A stretch of DNA of 63,800 bases, filler included, from Platydemus manokwari (taxonomy: Eukaryota): the NCBI GenBank assembly GCA_037951405.1. It is 6 parts of 6 records of this genome, joined end to end, with 100 filler letters (N's around TTAATTAATTAA, not from the genome) between each part and the next. Parts side by side here need not be neighbours in the genome. Positions count along the whole stretch, not along the records: positions 44,975 to 54,466 come from JBBMOY011241318.1; positions 54,567 to 63,800 come from JBBMOY011279651.1; 4 more parts are not named here. One strand, written 5' to 3'. Within the stretch, counting starts at the first letter, position 1. Every line of letters starts with the position of its first letter. Below are positions 51,165 through 63,800 of this stretch, piece by piece. Position numbers and translations under genes: made by a program. The notes beneath the pieces were generated by a model, which did no database searches, was not told where the DNA came from, and saw nothing but the letters and a program-made list of their open reading frames with translations.

Positions 51165-51400
51165 AACATGTCGATCAATAATGTGGATTAATATATCGGT
51201 TTAAAATATCGATCAATGTTGTGGATTGATATATTGACTGATGATATCGATCAATATTTTTGGATTAATATATCGATTGATATATTGACTGATGATATCG
51301 ATCAATATTTTTGGATTAATATATCGAGTGATGATATCGAATAACTTATCGATCAACAATATGGGTTAATATATTTGTTAACATATAGATCAATATATAA
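51165..51400 (+). repeat. Degenerate minisatellite (TCGATCAATA...GGATTAATATAT...)
   Basis: Several imperfect copies; 51229-51276 recurs almost exactly at 51280-51326. Confidence 0.85.
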
Positions 51401-51614
51401 ATAAATAATATCGAATAATAATATTGATTATCATATTTTTTTAAAAATATTGTTTTTATAATAATTATTAATATGTATTATCAAAATAATTATTATTATT
51501 CTCCATAATATTTATTTAATTAACTCGCTTATTATTGTTGGTATTGATATAGAATATTGTCAATAATTATATTAATTGATTATATATTATCATAATATAT
51601 TAAATATTAATTCA

Positions 51615-53200
51615 CCTGCAGAACTTTCTCATTTTTCCTGCATCGATCCAATTCTTTTTCTAATTTCTCGATATAATCTTTTTTACGTTGTCGTGATTTC
51701 TTCGCAGCATCTCTGTTCTTCCGTTTCGTATCTGAATCGCTATGTGAATACTCGATTACGCAATCTCCCGAATCGTTACACAACTGTTTCAATCCATGAA
51801 AATGATTTTGATGACGTCCACCATTGAAAGTATTCGATTTCAAACCAACCTTTCTTGTTTGACAATTGATTTTATTGAGGAGTGCGTTTTGAATATCAGA
51901 TCTACAAAATCATATACAATCATACAATGGTGGTTGTGTGATGAGAGAGAATGATTGTCAAAATATTTAATGATCTCTCTCTCTCTAATAAATATCATTA
52001 ATAACATTGCTTCAATGATATCAACATTGATTAGTGGGATATCACTGATATGGTGGGATATTCTATAATATGGCTTGACAAGAGGATATATCGATTGGTC
52101 ATGTCTTGACATATCAATTATCAATGATAATAATATATAAATATCAATAATAATATATATAAATGAATCTTGGCTAGTGGGAATTAATTATTATTAATAG
52201 CTAAAAACAATAATGAGAAGCGGGCAATGGTTAATGAATGAATGGTTATACGATAAACTCCATCAATTAAAGGCCATATTAAAACACCTCAAACCAAAGC
52301 ATCACAACTAAAGCGAAATCAATCGTAGGTGTCAGTTAAACCCTTCTTCAAGATTGTGCTAGTCGAGAAGGAATGAATTTTCAAATTAATCATTGGAAAT
52401 AACTCATAATTAGCATAAGAAACTTTGTTAACGAGACAATATTAAGCTTTTCACATTTTCAGTGATAGCAAAGCTAATATTAATTCCAAAGAATCCTTAA
52501 AGTGAGGAATTCTTTCAGTTGACAACAATGGATAAATCAATTCTATTTTAACAGTTAAAAATGTGCCGATCTGAACTGAAAGCAAAATTTATGATATGAA
52601 TTTTCTGATGGAAAGGAGTAATAATTTTCAATTTTAATATTAACAGAAAATAATAATTATGATAATATATAAAATCAGAGTAACATTGATATAGATGATA
52701 TTGAAATGAAAAATCAATAAAATTTACGACAATGCGATTATTGCTGATATCTGTTATAAATCATGACCAATTTTTAAGCAATTATTACACAATAAAGCAT
52801 GTTATTATCTTAGTTGTAAATATTAAGGAAACATGAATATTACTTAATTTTAAAATAGAAAAACTATACATATATATATCATAAATATATCAAATAAAAT
52901 TATCTACTTTTTAGATTGAGAATATGGAACTAATGAAACATCAGTTGTGGCCGTAATATAATTTATTTCCGGAAAATCTATAACTTCACTCTGAATACCA
53001 CACATTTGTGTTAAATTACTTTTCAATGATTCGGCAGAACTAGATTCAGACACTTGTGTAATGTTGATGTTATTATTTACAGGAAATTTATTATCGATTG
53101 TTAAATTAGTAAAATATTCTGATTGAGATGCATTAGGAGAGTTTTTAATTTCTTTTCTAAATGCTTGGTCAAAAGGATTACTAATTACAACTTTGCTCAT
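51615..53200 (-). CDS. bZIP transcription factor, ATF2/ATF7/Atf1-like; exons about 53200-52908 and about 51855-51615; terminal exon(s) not located
   Basis: N-terminal NPFDQAF motif (compare Atf1/ATF2 NPFExxF), basic region KRKNRDAAKKSRQRKK and zipper YIEKLEKELDRC; donor CAG|GTGAAT. The junction between the two exons is uncertain. Confidence 0.75.
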
Positions 53201-54566
53201 ACAAAATATATAAAATTGTGGAATTTATAAAAAAATATGAATACGAAAAATGTAATATATATATCAATTTACTAGAAATTCAATTTCCTGCTATTAATGA
53301 GTTGCATTAAACAAAGAAATTGGTTTTTATGAAATATAGGTAATTTTTGTTTAATTCTATATTACGTTTAATTGATGACTAAAAGTCTAAAATAAAAGCT
53401 CTTTATAAAATACCATAATTGTGAAACTCAAATTTATTTAAGAAATTTGTTTCTTCAGATTTTTTGTCGTTTTTATAATTTAATTTTTGGTTTATGTAAT
53501 TATCGGATTATATGTATCATTTATAAATGTTTTATTTATCACAAATATTTAGTCAATTAATTAAATGTAAAAGTGGTTTTTAAATGTTGTTGAATTGAAT
53601 GTTTTAAGAAAATTTTCAATTTTTTAAAAATATTTACAGATCCAAAGAATTAATCTAAAACAAATTTTACGCAGGATCTTATTATGATAGTTTATTACAA
53701 TTGCATTTTGCTAAGGTTCATTATGCCGTAAACATAAGTCTTATATTATAACTGAAACTTTGTCTTAAACTTTTAGATTAAACAAACATTTTTAACTATT
53801 TTATTTTTAACTCTTTACCAAGTTGAAATAAGAATAAAAATAATTTGTAAAATACAAAACATTAAAGATGATCATATAATTTCTTTCGTACAATAAAGGA
53901 TGAAATAAAGAATACATTTGTAACCTATATTACAAAATCTTAGTTTATCCTTATCATTTGACAAATCATCAAATGCATCAAGACCTATTGTTATATTGAT
54001 CCAATCGCTTTCTTTGTAATAAATGAAGTCGTCTTTGACGATCTGCCTGATTGTAGTCATTTGGTTTATGAAGAGCCGGCAATGAGCTACCAGTCTTTGT
54101 GTCGAAATTGGGTAGTGGTTCTGGTGCCTTAGATTCCCGAACAGCTTTGTTATAGTTCAGAGCGCGTGAGCAATGCCTGATAAAAAATTGAAGAATGAAA
54201 ATATTATTATCAAGGATATAGATGTATTGAATAAGTTTTAGTTTCGATATTATAAATGACTATTATTAGTTAGATTGTAAGATAGCGGTTCCGATAATGA
54301 TGGGCACAAAACCTATGAAAATGGATATTGAAATGAAAAGTAACTTAATTAATACACATATAATAATAATGATTAAACATACACATGAAAATAATAAAAA
54401 TTTTAATTTTGTAATTTTAAAATATATTTTCAATAGATAAAATCAAATTTATTAATCAGGACACTCNNNNNNNNNNNNNNNNNNNNNNNNNNNNNNNNNN
54501 NNNNNNNNNNTTAATTAATTAANNNNNNNNNNNNNNNNNNNNNNNNNNNNNNNNNNNNNNNNNNNN

Positions 54567-55103
54567 TTGACAGCGGTAGCCCACCAAGATGAGAAAACAA
54601 CAGCAGAGGTGCTGCGAAATAAATGGATTCTAAAATTTGGCGCTCCTAAAATGCTACATACAGATAGAGGAAGAGTCTTCAAATCCAAAGTTATTTCAGA
54701 ACTCTTGACAAAGAATCACATTGTATTGAAACAATCAAGTCTTTATCATCACAATACCAATGGTCTGATCGAGCGAGAATTTCGAACAATACGTAACGCA
54801 AAAACGAAAAGTATTCAAGACAAGAAATACACAGATTGGGTTGACTTATAGCCTTATATCGAATTTATGATGAACGCTACAATACAACGATCGACACAAA
54901 TTTCAGCAGCAGAAATAGTTTTTGGTAGACCTAATAATAAAGAATGGCAGGAAAGACAAATTGTGGAAAAAGATATAAATGGACATCAGTTAGAGAATCA
55001 GAGAAAACAGAATCAAAAGAATATTGAAAAACAACTGATGAGAAGATTAAGGGAGAACCACAAACGAAAAGAAAATACAATGTTGGCCAATGGGTATTCA
55101 TAA
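54567..55103 (+). mobile_element. Gypsy integrase fragment
   Basis: FGAPKMLHTDRGRVFKS, YHHNTNGLIER and NATIQRST..SAAEIVFGR. Confidence 0.92.
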
Positions 55104-55762
55104 AAACAGAAAACCATAGGTGTTGGAATTAGAGGGAGTCAATCACCGAAAGTAAACTTCATATATTCCAAAGAAAAAAAATTGATAAGTTCAAAAACAC
55201 AGACTCTCACGTAAGTATACACATATCCCTAATTAACTAATAGAAAGCAGCATAATGAAATCATTACATTTTAAAACTTATAAGTGCACAACGTCACACG
55301 ATATGTGAACTACTTACTGCTGGGTTTGGACATATGTATATCGGATATAGAATTTAAAATACCCACCATTATAAGTTGAGCTACGAGTAACATTAGTACC
55401 GTTAGAAATGAGATTCTACACTGAATTTCCAAATCTACTAAGTTTAACTGAGTTAATAAATTTGTTGGGGTTTTGAAAAATTGACTTTGTTATGTGCATG
55501 ATTTAGTGTATCAAAACCATCCCTGTATCGATGTATAAAAGTATTCTGCATGAAAATAATATTTAATTGTATAAAATTTTTAGATATTTTGTTGTAAAGA
55601 ATCTGGAAAATCTATGCGGTTGACATAAAATAAATATAATTTAAACCCTGAATAATATTGCATCACCCATTTAAAACATTAATTAAAATATTACAATTAA
55701 AAAACCCTTTAAAAATCTCCCTTAAAAATACCCATAAAAATAATAATAAATAACCCGTTATG

Positions 55763-57010
55763 TGTTATCACGCAGTAAATATCTAACATCCATTATCGCA
55801 CATTGCAGATAAAATATACACCTAAAATAAATTAAATAGCTATGCATTAAATAAATAACATGCATTAAACACATAAGCACTGTGATAAATAAATATTCGC
55901 AGAAAATATCCGCAAGTGAGTCATCGCTGCCTATATAAAGCAGTAAATGCAATTAATAAACGCAACAATGACAGTAGGACAGCAGCACATTGACACAATA
56001 GCAGAATCAATGCATAGCTATTTCAATCGAAGAGTCGTAATGCACCACATCAGTATTACGATCCGGGAAAGAAGATTCGATTGCACGTAAGGGATCCGGA
56101 ATTTGTATATGCCCAGTACTCCTACTGGAAAAACATCAATTCCATAGGAAGATAAAGTAAGACAATAAATATAAAATAATTCATAATTTATGCACAACCG
56201 CATATTCTTCCTATCTACAGGGTTGATCCAAAACATCTTGAGTAATCGGTTCTACTCCTCTCTGGAGCATTGTTAACCGGAACTTTTGCCAGAATTATAA
56301 AAATCTGTCCGTTTATGCCTATAGAAGTATTTGTAAAATTTAACTTTTATTAATTGTATATAAGTAGTAATTTATAAGCTTATTGCCATCGTTTTATAAT
56401 TGTAGTAACCTATATTAATAAACTTTTTATCAAGGAAATTGGTTTTTGATATTAAATCGGCAAGTGCCATTAGGTTCCACAAATCATTTTCTGAAAATAC
56501 TATCATTATCAAAAATCATCTCATCACCTTTTTGACAAGGTATAGTTGAAGTAGTTAAAGGTTAAAAATAATATAAATCATTATAGCAATATCTAGAGCC
56601 AAACACCACATCTTCATACGTGGATTGATGTGATCGAGGCGAATGAATATCAAAAATATTAGGTTTAGTGATTACCTGAGAATCACAAGGACTCAGAGAG
56701 CTGATTAGACTCAAATATTGCCAAAGTAAATAAAAATTCAAACTTTGAAACTAAAATAAAAGAAACCATAAACACCCAAAATCATAATTTGGTGAAAAAG
56801 CTGCTGGAAAAGTGAATAGAATAGGAATATTAAAACAATCAAAATTTGAAGTTAATTAGAATTTAAATTAAAAACTTAAAATCGAAGTTTAATTAGGAAT
56901 TGGAATTAAAAATTAAGAACCGAAATTTAATTGAAAAATTAACTATAGATACGAAAGGTTTTATTAATATGACAACAAGGTCAAGAATGAATTGCAAATA
57001 TTAGCGATGG
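55763..57010 (+). mobile_element. 5' LTR (copy C, about 55763-56787) with PBS-like TGGTG and decayed gag start
   Basis: Starts TGTTA and has TATA box CTATATAAA, AATAAA and homology to copy B. It is followed by TTTGGTGAAAAAGC, an A-rich leader and ATG ACA ACA AGG TCA (MTTRS) with an early stop. Confidence 0.6.
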
Positions 57011-57120
57011 CTGAGTATAAAAATTTAGAAGAATTAATTCAGAAGGCAAACAATCTGCGGAGTAAATAATTCAATTAATTATATAGGATATGGCGTACCA
57101 ATGATAAACCCATTAATTAA

Positions 57121-57907
57121 TGCGGTCGTCTCTAAAGATAACAAAATTGAGAATCTCCCATCACCAATAAATATAAAATCAACGAATAGAAATTGAGCAT
57201 TTATAAAAATAGTATTAAAATATTTTATAATTGGGATTATTATAAGAAAACATAAAAAGGAGTTGGAACATCACAACCCCCCATTTGTGAAACCACTAGA
57301 CTTCGTGAAGCTCATAATTTGCAAAACAGACTTCGATATTCATTCGACATACATATTCGTGATAGGAGCCTTTACAGTTTATGCCATTCGTTTTCTCCAT
57401 TCAAGTAATTGTATTGATTATTTATCCAGACCAAAGTGAGTTAGATTGCTAGTGTAAAATAATAATTTCTATTATCTACTGTATCGTATATTATCGAACT
57501 ATAGAGTTTAATCTCACAAAAACCTTTTACGGGTGTTGGTTCAGCTTCTTGAGTTGAAGTTCGCAACCGTTCTTATTTTCCAGAATTGTAGGTTTTCATC
57601 GTCTAAGCATATTTTATCGTTATATTGTGATTAAAACAAAACAATTTTTATATTTGGTGTTAACTTGTATAATCAATAAACGTTACGATATTAATTGGTT
57701 GTTGATTTGATAGAACATAGATATATGACGATTAACTTTATTTAGAAAATAGTTAGAAAATATAGTATTCTGATCATTCTTGACTATCTTTTGGGTTTGA
57801 TCAGAGCTCACAGAGACTGGTCAAGACGGCATTGATCCATAGTTTTAATTTATAAAATATTGAGACTGATAAAGTATTTTAACCAAGCAACCCCGAAACA
57901 CGTCACA
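57121..57907 (+). mobile_element. Solo LTR-like repeat, copy E
   Basis: TG...CA ends flanked by TTAA on both sides (weak evidence in AT-rich DNA); homologous to copy D. Confidence 0.6.
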
Positions 57908-58199
57908 TTAAATAAATGAAAATTTATAGGCTACAAAATATATTTGACGGTATTTCGTTTTCTACTACGTTGTGCTATCAACGTCAAATTCATGTTTAGA
58001 TATTATTTCACCATATTGCTTAATTACGATCTCAATTTTTGCTTTTGATTTTTATTTCCAATGTCACTATAAATTTTCACATTTTTATATTTTGTATTAG
58101 AACTTTATTTATAGTTTGATCGACATCACATGTGATGATATAAGGATGTGTCCAGTTTCTAACTATATTCTTAATAATAATTAATTGGTGTATAATAAT

Positions 58200-58780
58200 A
58201 AACAATATTAAATCTAAATAAGAAACAAGAGGAGCACCTTCAACTCTGGATGATAATCAATTTACTTTCGTTCAATTAAAAGCAGAAAGATCATGACAAG
58301 TTCAGAAATATCTACAGTCAATAGGAAAAACTCAAGAACAATATTAGGAATTGAATGTTTGGAGAAAGAAAACTCATCATGTTTAAAAGAATAATTTGTA
58401 ATGGTGATCTCCTTTTAGAAATTGATCTTCGACTACTTCTCAAGTTTTGGCTGAATATTCAAATTTTCGCCCAATCTTTTCCTACTAATGTTGACAGGTT
58501 TTAAGCAAAATCCCAAACAGAATTTTTGCCAAATGATGGGACTAACGTCTCCCGTTGATCAACTTTTCATGTCTGTCAACTGATTTGTTTCTTCGATTAA
58601 TTTGGTTGTAAGCTTCTCTCGCTTTGCCTTTTAGATAGTGTAGCAAATATAGGACTATTGTCTTCTTTGCCCATACATAAGTGGAGGCTTACATAAAGTA
58701 GTCTGTCACAAAATTGACGGAATCCACATTTTATAATAAGGAATCACTCTAATTTTGGATTGAATCAGTTGTAGAAGCTG
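58200..58780 (-). mobile_element. Gypsy gag (capsid) remnant
   Basis: Minus-strand WAKKTIVLYLLHYLKGKAREAYNQI fits the gag W...L.G.A..[WY] pattern. Confidence 0.5.
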
Positions 58781-59348
58781 GACAGCTTGATTATCCGGTT
58801 CTTAATTATCAAAATTCATTGAATTAATTATGTTTAAAATTGACCTCATTAAATAATCCATTAGCTTATTAAAATAAACGTATACATGAAATAAAAACTG
58901 ACTATATCGTGTACCACTGTGTGAAGTCAAAACAAAGTCCCCATGGTGCTAAATTCGTATTTTTTGTGTAACATACGTCTTTATTTTACTACAAATAGAT
59001 TGATAATTTGAATGAATAAATATCCTATTGAAATAATGCAATGTTTAAATAAAAAATTTAGGGAATCATATGAAATATCAATATAAATTCGATATTGGAT
59101 TATCATTAGTAATCACGATTGAAAAATAGATATTTTAGTAATCTTAGGGAATAATATATTTAATACCATTTTATTGTCTAAGCTAATAATTGAATAATGA
59201 ATAATATATGATAATTATAAATAAATAATAAGGATTATTTAGAGAAAAAAATGTATCCTTTTCAAGGTATTTGTTTTAATATTACTTGATAACATATAAG
59301 TTACTGTAAAATTAATGACATAATTTGATATTTTTGAATTTGATTATT

Positions 59349-62300
59349 ATGGAATATATTGTTGCAAATGCCAGTGGGGTTAAATTTACAATCGAGACGC
59401 AACTTGAAGATCAAATTGGTCTTGGCGAATTACCATTCTCAAAAATGAATAGTTAAGAATATTTGATTTTGCTTACATATGTTTAATTAAATTTTAGAAT
59501 CAGGTGTAGGCGTTTGTCATTTTTATATGAATAACATTTGCACAATGGGTCAACGATGTCCTTTAAGACATATCAAAGGTGATAGAACTGTTGTTTGCAA
59601 ACATTGGTTGCGTGGATTGTGTAAAAAAGGAGATGATTGTGAATTTTTACATGAGTATGATATGAACAAAATGCCAGAATGTTATTTCTTTTCCAAATAC
59701 GGTAGTAAATGTAAGTTGTTAAATTATTACGTTAAGTGATAGGTGAATGTCAGAATAAAGAATGCCCATTTTTACACATTGATCCATCCAGTAAAATACA
59801 AGATTGTCCGTGGTATGATAGAGGGTTTTGTAGAAACGGTAAGCAAGTGTATAAAAGTGGTGATAATTATTGTTAATATTGTAGGTCCTCATTGTAAAAA
59901 CAGACACGTCAGAAGGGTGGCATGTAAAAATTATATTAATGGATTTTGCCTTGAAGGAAAAGAATGCAAATTTGCGCAGTAAATATTTTTAATTAATTAT
60001 AAAAAATGACAACATTTATGTTTGTGGGATTTTTTTTAGTTATGTTATGATGAGAAATATTGTTCGATATAAATTATTATCAATTTGATTATTAATTATT
60101 TAAAATAATATTTATCCATATTTTGGCCTAAATTAAGCAAAGAGGTGACCTTTGACCTATTTTCATAATGATGAATTTTCGCGCATGAGATAATTTTATA
60201 AATTTAATTTTATATATAACTGCAATATTTGATTTATTCGAATAATTCAGTTAATATCTCACTCTATACGATGTCTAATAGTGACAAAACATTGTTTTAA
60301 AACCAAGTTCCCATTCTAATCACAGCATTTCTATATGATTATTTGAGTTTTCAAATTTTAATTTTATAATTATAAATCGAGTTAGTTAATTACAGACATA
60401 TTTAATAATATCATTGGTTATTTTTATCAAATAATTGTAAAAATTGAGAATATCTCACAATTTGCTTCTAATGTAAAAAAAGGGGTCCTCGCTAATTTTC
60501 AATAAAGTGCAATTCGACCTACTTTTTTCATTTTTTCAAATAATCAATTTTTAGGAGATTTTCAAGTTCCTGTGTATTTAATATTTGATTTCAAACAACT
60601 AAAATTCTTCTTAAATTCTTAAATAAAAAATTCAAAATGTTTATTTAATAATATAATTAAATAAACTATATAGAATCATGCAATACTCAATAAATTTATA
60701 ATTTTATTTGAGGACCCCTTTTCTTAACTTCAGCCCATATTTTAATTGGATGTCTGATTTTTGTTCCCTTTTTATGTGGAACCCGGTTATTTTCAAATCC
60801 AATATTGTTTAATTTTCATTTATGATATGATAAATATTATTTATTGAATATTATAAACATTTCATGAATATTCATAAAGGTGCTAAAAAATGAATAAATA
60901 TTAATATATATCAAGCAGTATTGAATTAGAAATGATTGTGGTTGATCATAAATTGTATATCACTGATGTTGGAGTTTTGGCCAATCATCTGAAAGATATA
61001 TTTTAAAAAATTAATAATTACAAAATTCATGAAAATAAATACATTTTAATCATAATCTATTAATGATAAAATGTTTAAATATCTGATAATTGAATTGAGC
61101 AAAACAATTAATTTACTAATAATTTAGATTGCAGAATAATTGAGCAATCCTTGTACACACATACACACATACACACACCACACATTGACAGTCAATCTTT
61201 GTTAATATCACCTCATCTACTTTAGAAAAACCAATCAAAATCTAAATTATTAATAATGATCGAATTTATTACATGACTAATAAAAAAGCTGGAAAATTGT
61301 AATTTAAAATTTAATTAATGATTCAGCTATTTTTAGTATGAGTTGACAAATTATAATTAGTCAAAATAGAACAGTCTTGAATGATTACTTATAAATTGTA
61401 ATCAGATATTTTGTAATTTACATGATATTTTTCTGACAATCCATCTAATTCATATTTGATCATATATTTGTTCAGTTAATATTAAAAATGTTAAGAATTA
61501 TCAAACAAATATTATTGATATCATTAATTGGTGTAATATTAAATGAAATAGATTACTTGTAATCAGTAGTTTATGGCGAATTGATTTTCGATCAAGATGA
61601 TATTAACCATAGGTCCATATAAGTGTATATAATTGTAATTATTATTAATATTTGTTTAAAATGTAATTTACGCAAATCATTCTCTTTCCTGTTATCATTT
61701 TATAGTTCCAAATGGTGGCCGTTGCCTGGATATGATCAACAAGATCAACACAAACAGAGATGGGTTTGCCATCATTGCAGTAAGATTGATTTCATTTCTT
61801 TATCTAAATTGGTGTAATTTTTCAATTTCGCTTTTAAAAAGGGATTTTTCAATGAATTAATAAGCATAATGTTTTCCATAATATTTTCCAATATAAATAT
61901 CATAAAAATATTCAAACAATCATTTTTCATATGTTATTTTATCACTGAATATATTATATGAAGGCTTAAATGGGAAATATATTGATTACATAACATGATG
62001 ATAAAATGTTTCATTCATTCTTATAGATTTGTTTTTTCGAAATCCTTGTTATTTCGTGATCGACTGTTTATCATTTGTTATAGAATAATTATTTCATTTT
62101 ATTTACACATATTTATTCAAATGTACCGAATACGGGATTTTGTTCCTTTTAATCTATTTTCAATAATAAATCTATAAATATTTTTAATATAAATCCAATG
62201 TGTATAGATGAGAGAGGTCATAAAATTCAGTTCTGTCTTAAATTGCCTCTCGAAAAGCGCCAGAAATTGCAAGAGGAACTGCAATTGAAATATGCTAATC

Positions 62301-62488
62301 AAAATATGAGCAATCCAGGTTATGACGGGTTAGGGCATAAATTTGATAAAATGTCGTCTAAACCTCTCGAAGAAATTACTTGTTATAAATGTGGTGAAAA
62401 GGGTCACTATGCCAACAGATGCAGCAAAGGTTATTTAGCTTTTCTCAGCAAAGCAAATTCCACATATTCTGATTCAAAAATTGGATAA
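59349..62488 (+). CDS. CPSF4: Cleavage and polyadenylation specificity factor subunit 4 (CPSF30/Clipper); 6 exons (59349-59451, 59498-59701, 59743-59838, 59885-59978, 61706-61779, 62208-62488), 283 aa
   Basis: Five CCCH fingers including VVCKHWLRGLCKKGDDCEFLHEYDMNKMPECYFFSKYG and DCPWYDRGFCRNGPHC, plus two CCHC knuckles; splice sites are phase-consistent. Confidence 0.97.
60468..60737. mobile_element. Merlin-derived MITE in CPSF4 intron 4
   Basis: TIRs AAAAGGGGTCCTC / GAGGACCCCTTTT; internal sequence is homologous to 32390-32556 (GACCTACTTT, AAACAACTAAA, CTTAAATAAAAAATTCAAAATGTTT). Confidence 0.8.
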
Positions 62489-62891
62489 ATTTTTCGTTTT
62501 TATCGATTTGTGAATGTATTGATTATTTTCATGGTTGTTTTTTAAGAAAATTGTTTGGTTAATTATATTTGCCAATGTTATTTGTTATTCTGTTTTCAAA
62601 TATATCATTTTAAAATGGTATCATTTGATACAATATGTGCTATTTTACAATAAAATAATAATTATAAAATTTAGAGATGATGTTAAACTAGTTTTTGGAT
62701 TTTTTAAACCAGATTATTAAAGTAATCAGAAACAATTGATTATACGACATGAACATTAACATGTAATTGTATCATTATTGATCGGTAATTTTTAGTGAAA
62801 CAAACCAACATCGCGGAAAACTTACGATACCTAGGTACAGTGAATATCTAAAATATCAAATAGAATCAAATTGAAATCCGTATCAACGAAT

Positions 62892-63800
62892 TAATAAGTC
62901 AAATTAGATTATCATTATGCTAAAAAATTATAAAATTGATTTTTTTGACTAATATTTTAATTATAAAACATGTTGGTTGAGAAATGAATCCGCTGAAATC
63001 TAAAAAATCGAAAACACAATTTTTTGTTTAAATTAATGAGTAATGCAACCGAGCTGGGATGACTTGAACTTGGATGTCCGATCATTTAAAACATGTGATG
63101 TACGTTATTTGAATGTGAAGTATAGATCGTTGTATTAAGTATTGTTGAGTTCAGTCCCAGCCATATCAGATACAATTATAGAAATAAATAAATCTAAATC
63201 TTTAGGTGCACACATGACATCAATTAAACACGATCATAATAAAATTGAAATACAATCTGAAACATCACAATTTAATCAAATATTGATAAACTAGTTAATA
63301 CCGTAAAAAGATTAATCATAAAAATCTTTAATCTTAAAATATTGGCTCACGGAATAACCCGAGTCAGGCGAGTTTAACATGGACAAAGTTAGTGTAAAAC
63401 ATCAAAAAAAATAAAAAAGTAAAAAAAAATTAAATTTGAATTAAATCATGTTAATAAAATTGCGGCAAAAACATTATAAAATATCTTTCTTTAAAAGAAA
63501 AATATTAGAGAATATTTAAAATATTTTATAAAGTTGTTTTATTAAGCTCAAAGACCAATGATTAAATTTGAAAGCCATAGAAACTTCGAATATAATTTTA
63601 TTTTTGGTAACTACCTCAACACTAAAAATAGACTACCTCAATTTATCAAAAATCGTCAGCTGAAATAGTAAGTTGTTACTAAATTTAGTCATGACATTAA
63701 TAGTTTCCAAATAATAATAATAATAATAAGTCAAATTAGATTATCATTATGCTAAAAAATTATAAAATTGATTTTTTTGACTAATATTTTAATTATAAAA
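62892..63800 (+). repeat. Exact 77-bp direct repeat (62892-62968 and 63724-63800, running off the window)
   Basis: Identical TAATAAGTCAAATTAGATTATCATTATGCT...TTATAAAA. Confidence 0.9.

Noticed and set aside
51165-51400. Repeat array resembling CRISPR
   Set aside because: The context is eukaryotic, the units are degenerate with no unique spacers, and there are no cas genes; it is a minisatellite.
53872-54290. 62-aa ORF MTTIRQIVKDD with a GC-richer leader
   Set aside because: It could be a truncated retroelement ORF start or a first exon, but nothing supports a specific call.
15599-54566. Regularly spaced TTAATTAATTAA palindromes inside N runs
   Set aside because: These are artificial six-frame-stop contig linkers, not biology. 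They also mean that gene neighbourhoods across gaps (for example p53-like next to WDR92) cannot be interpreted.

Overview
This is very AT-rich eukaryotic (animal) genomic DNA. Six contigs are joined by five artificial N44-TTAATTAATTAA-N44 linkers, so adjacency across the gaps is not trustworthy. Genes mostly have short (about 40-60 nt) GT-AG introns, so the six-frame ORF track fragments them and I reassembled the models by hand. Host genes: (1) a USPL1-like USP-fold protein that appears to lack its catalytic residues (5906-8903, +); (2) a highly divergent p53-family gene whose C-terminus looks like a BEN domain rather than a SAM domain (12885-15205, -); (3) WDR92/DNAAF10 (18529-19878, -); (4) an intronless secreted glycoprotein (35946-36740, +); (5) the 3' part of a YxKP-repeat, proline-rich protein (45170-48025, +); (6) an ATF2/Atf1-like bZIP factor (about 51615-53200, -); (7) CPSF4/CPSF30 (59349-62488, +). 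The intergenic space is full of decayed mobile DNA: Gypsy remnants and LTR-like repeats, a TRIM-like non-autonomous LTR family, mariner/Tc1/pogo, hAT, Merlin, an RLE-type non-LTR element and a probable Helitron end. The gene content and intron style fit a ciliated invertebrate such as a free-living flatworm, but this is inference. The best candidate for something new is the p53 DNA-binding domain plus BEN-like domain fusion. Next come the pseudo-USPL1, a conserved RNA hairpin shared by five diverged LTR-like repeats, and a duplicated RFX X-box cluster. All domain calls come from motif recognition by eye; no database search was run.
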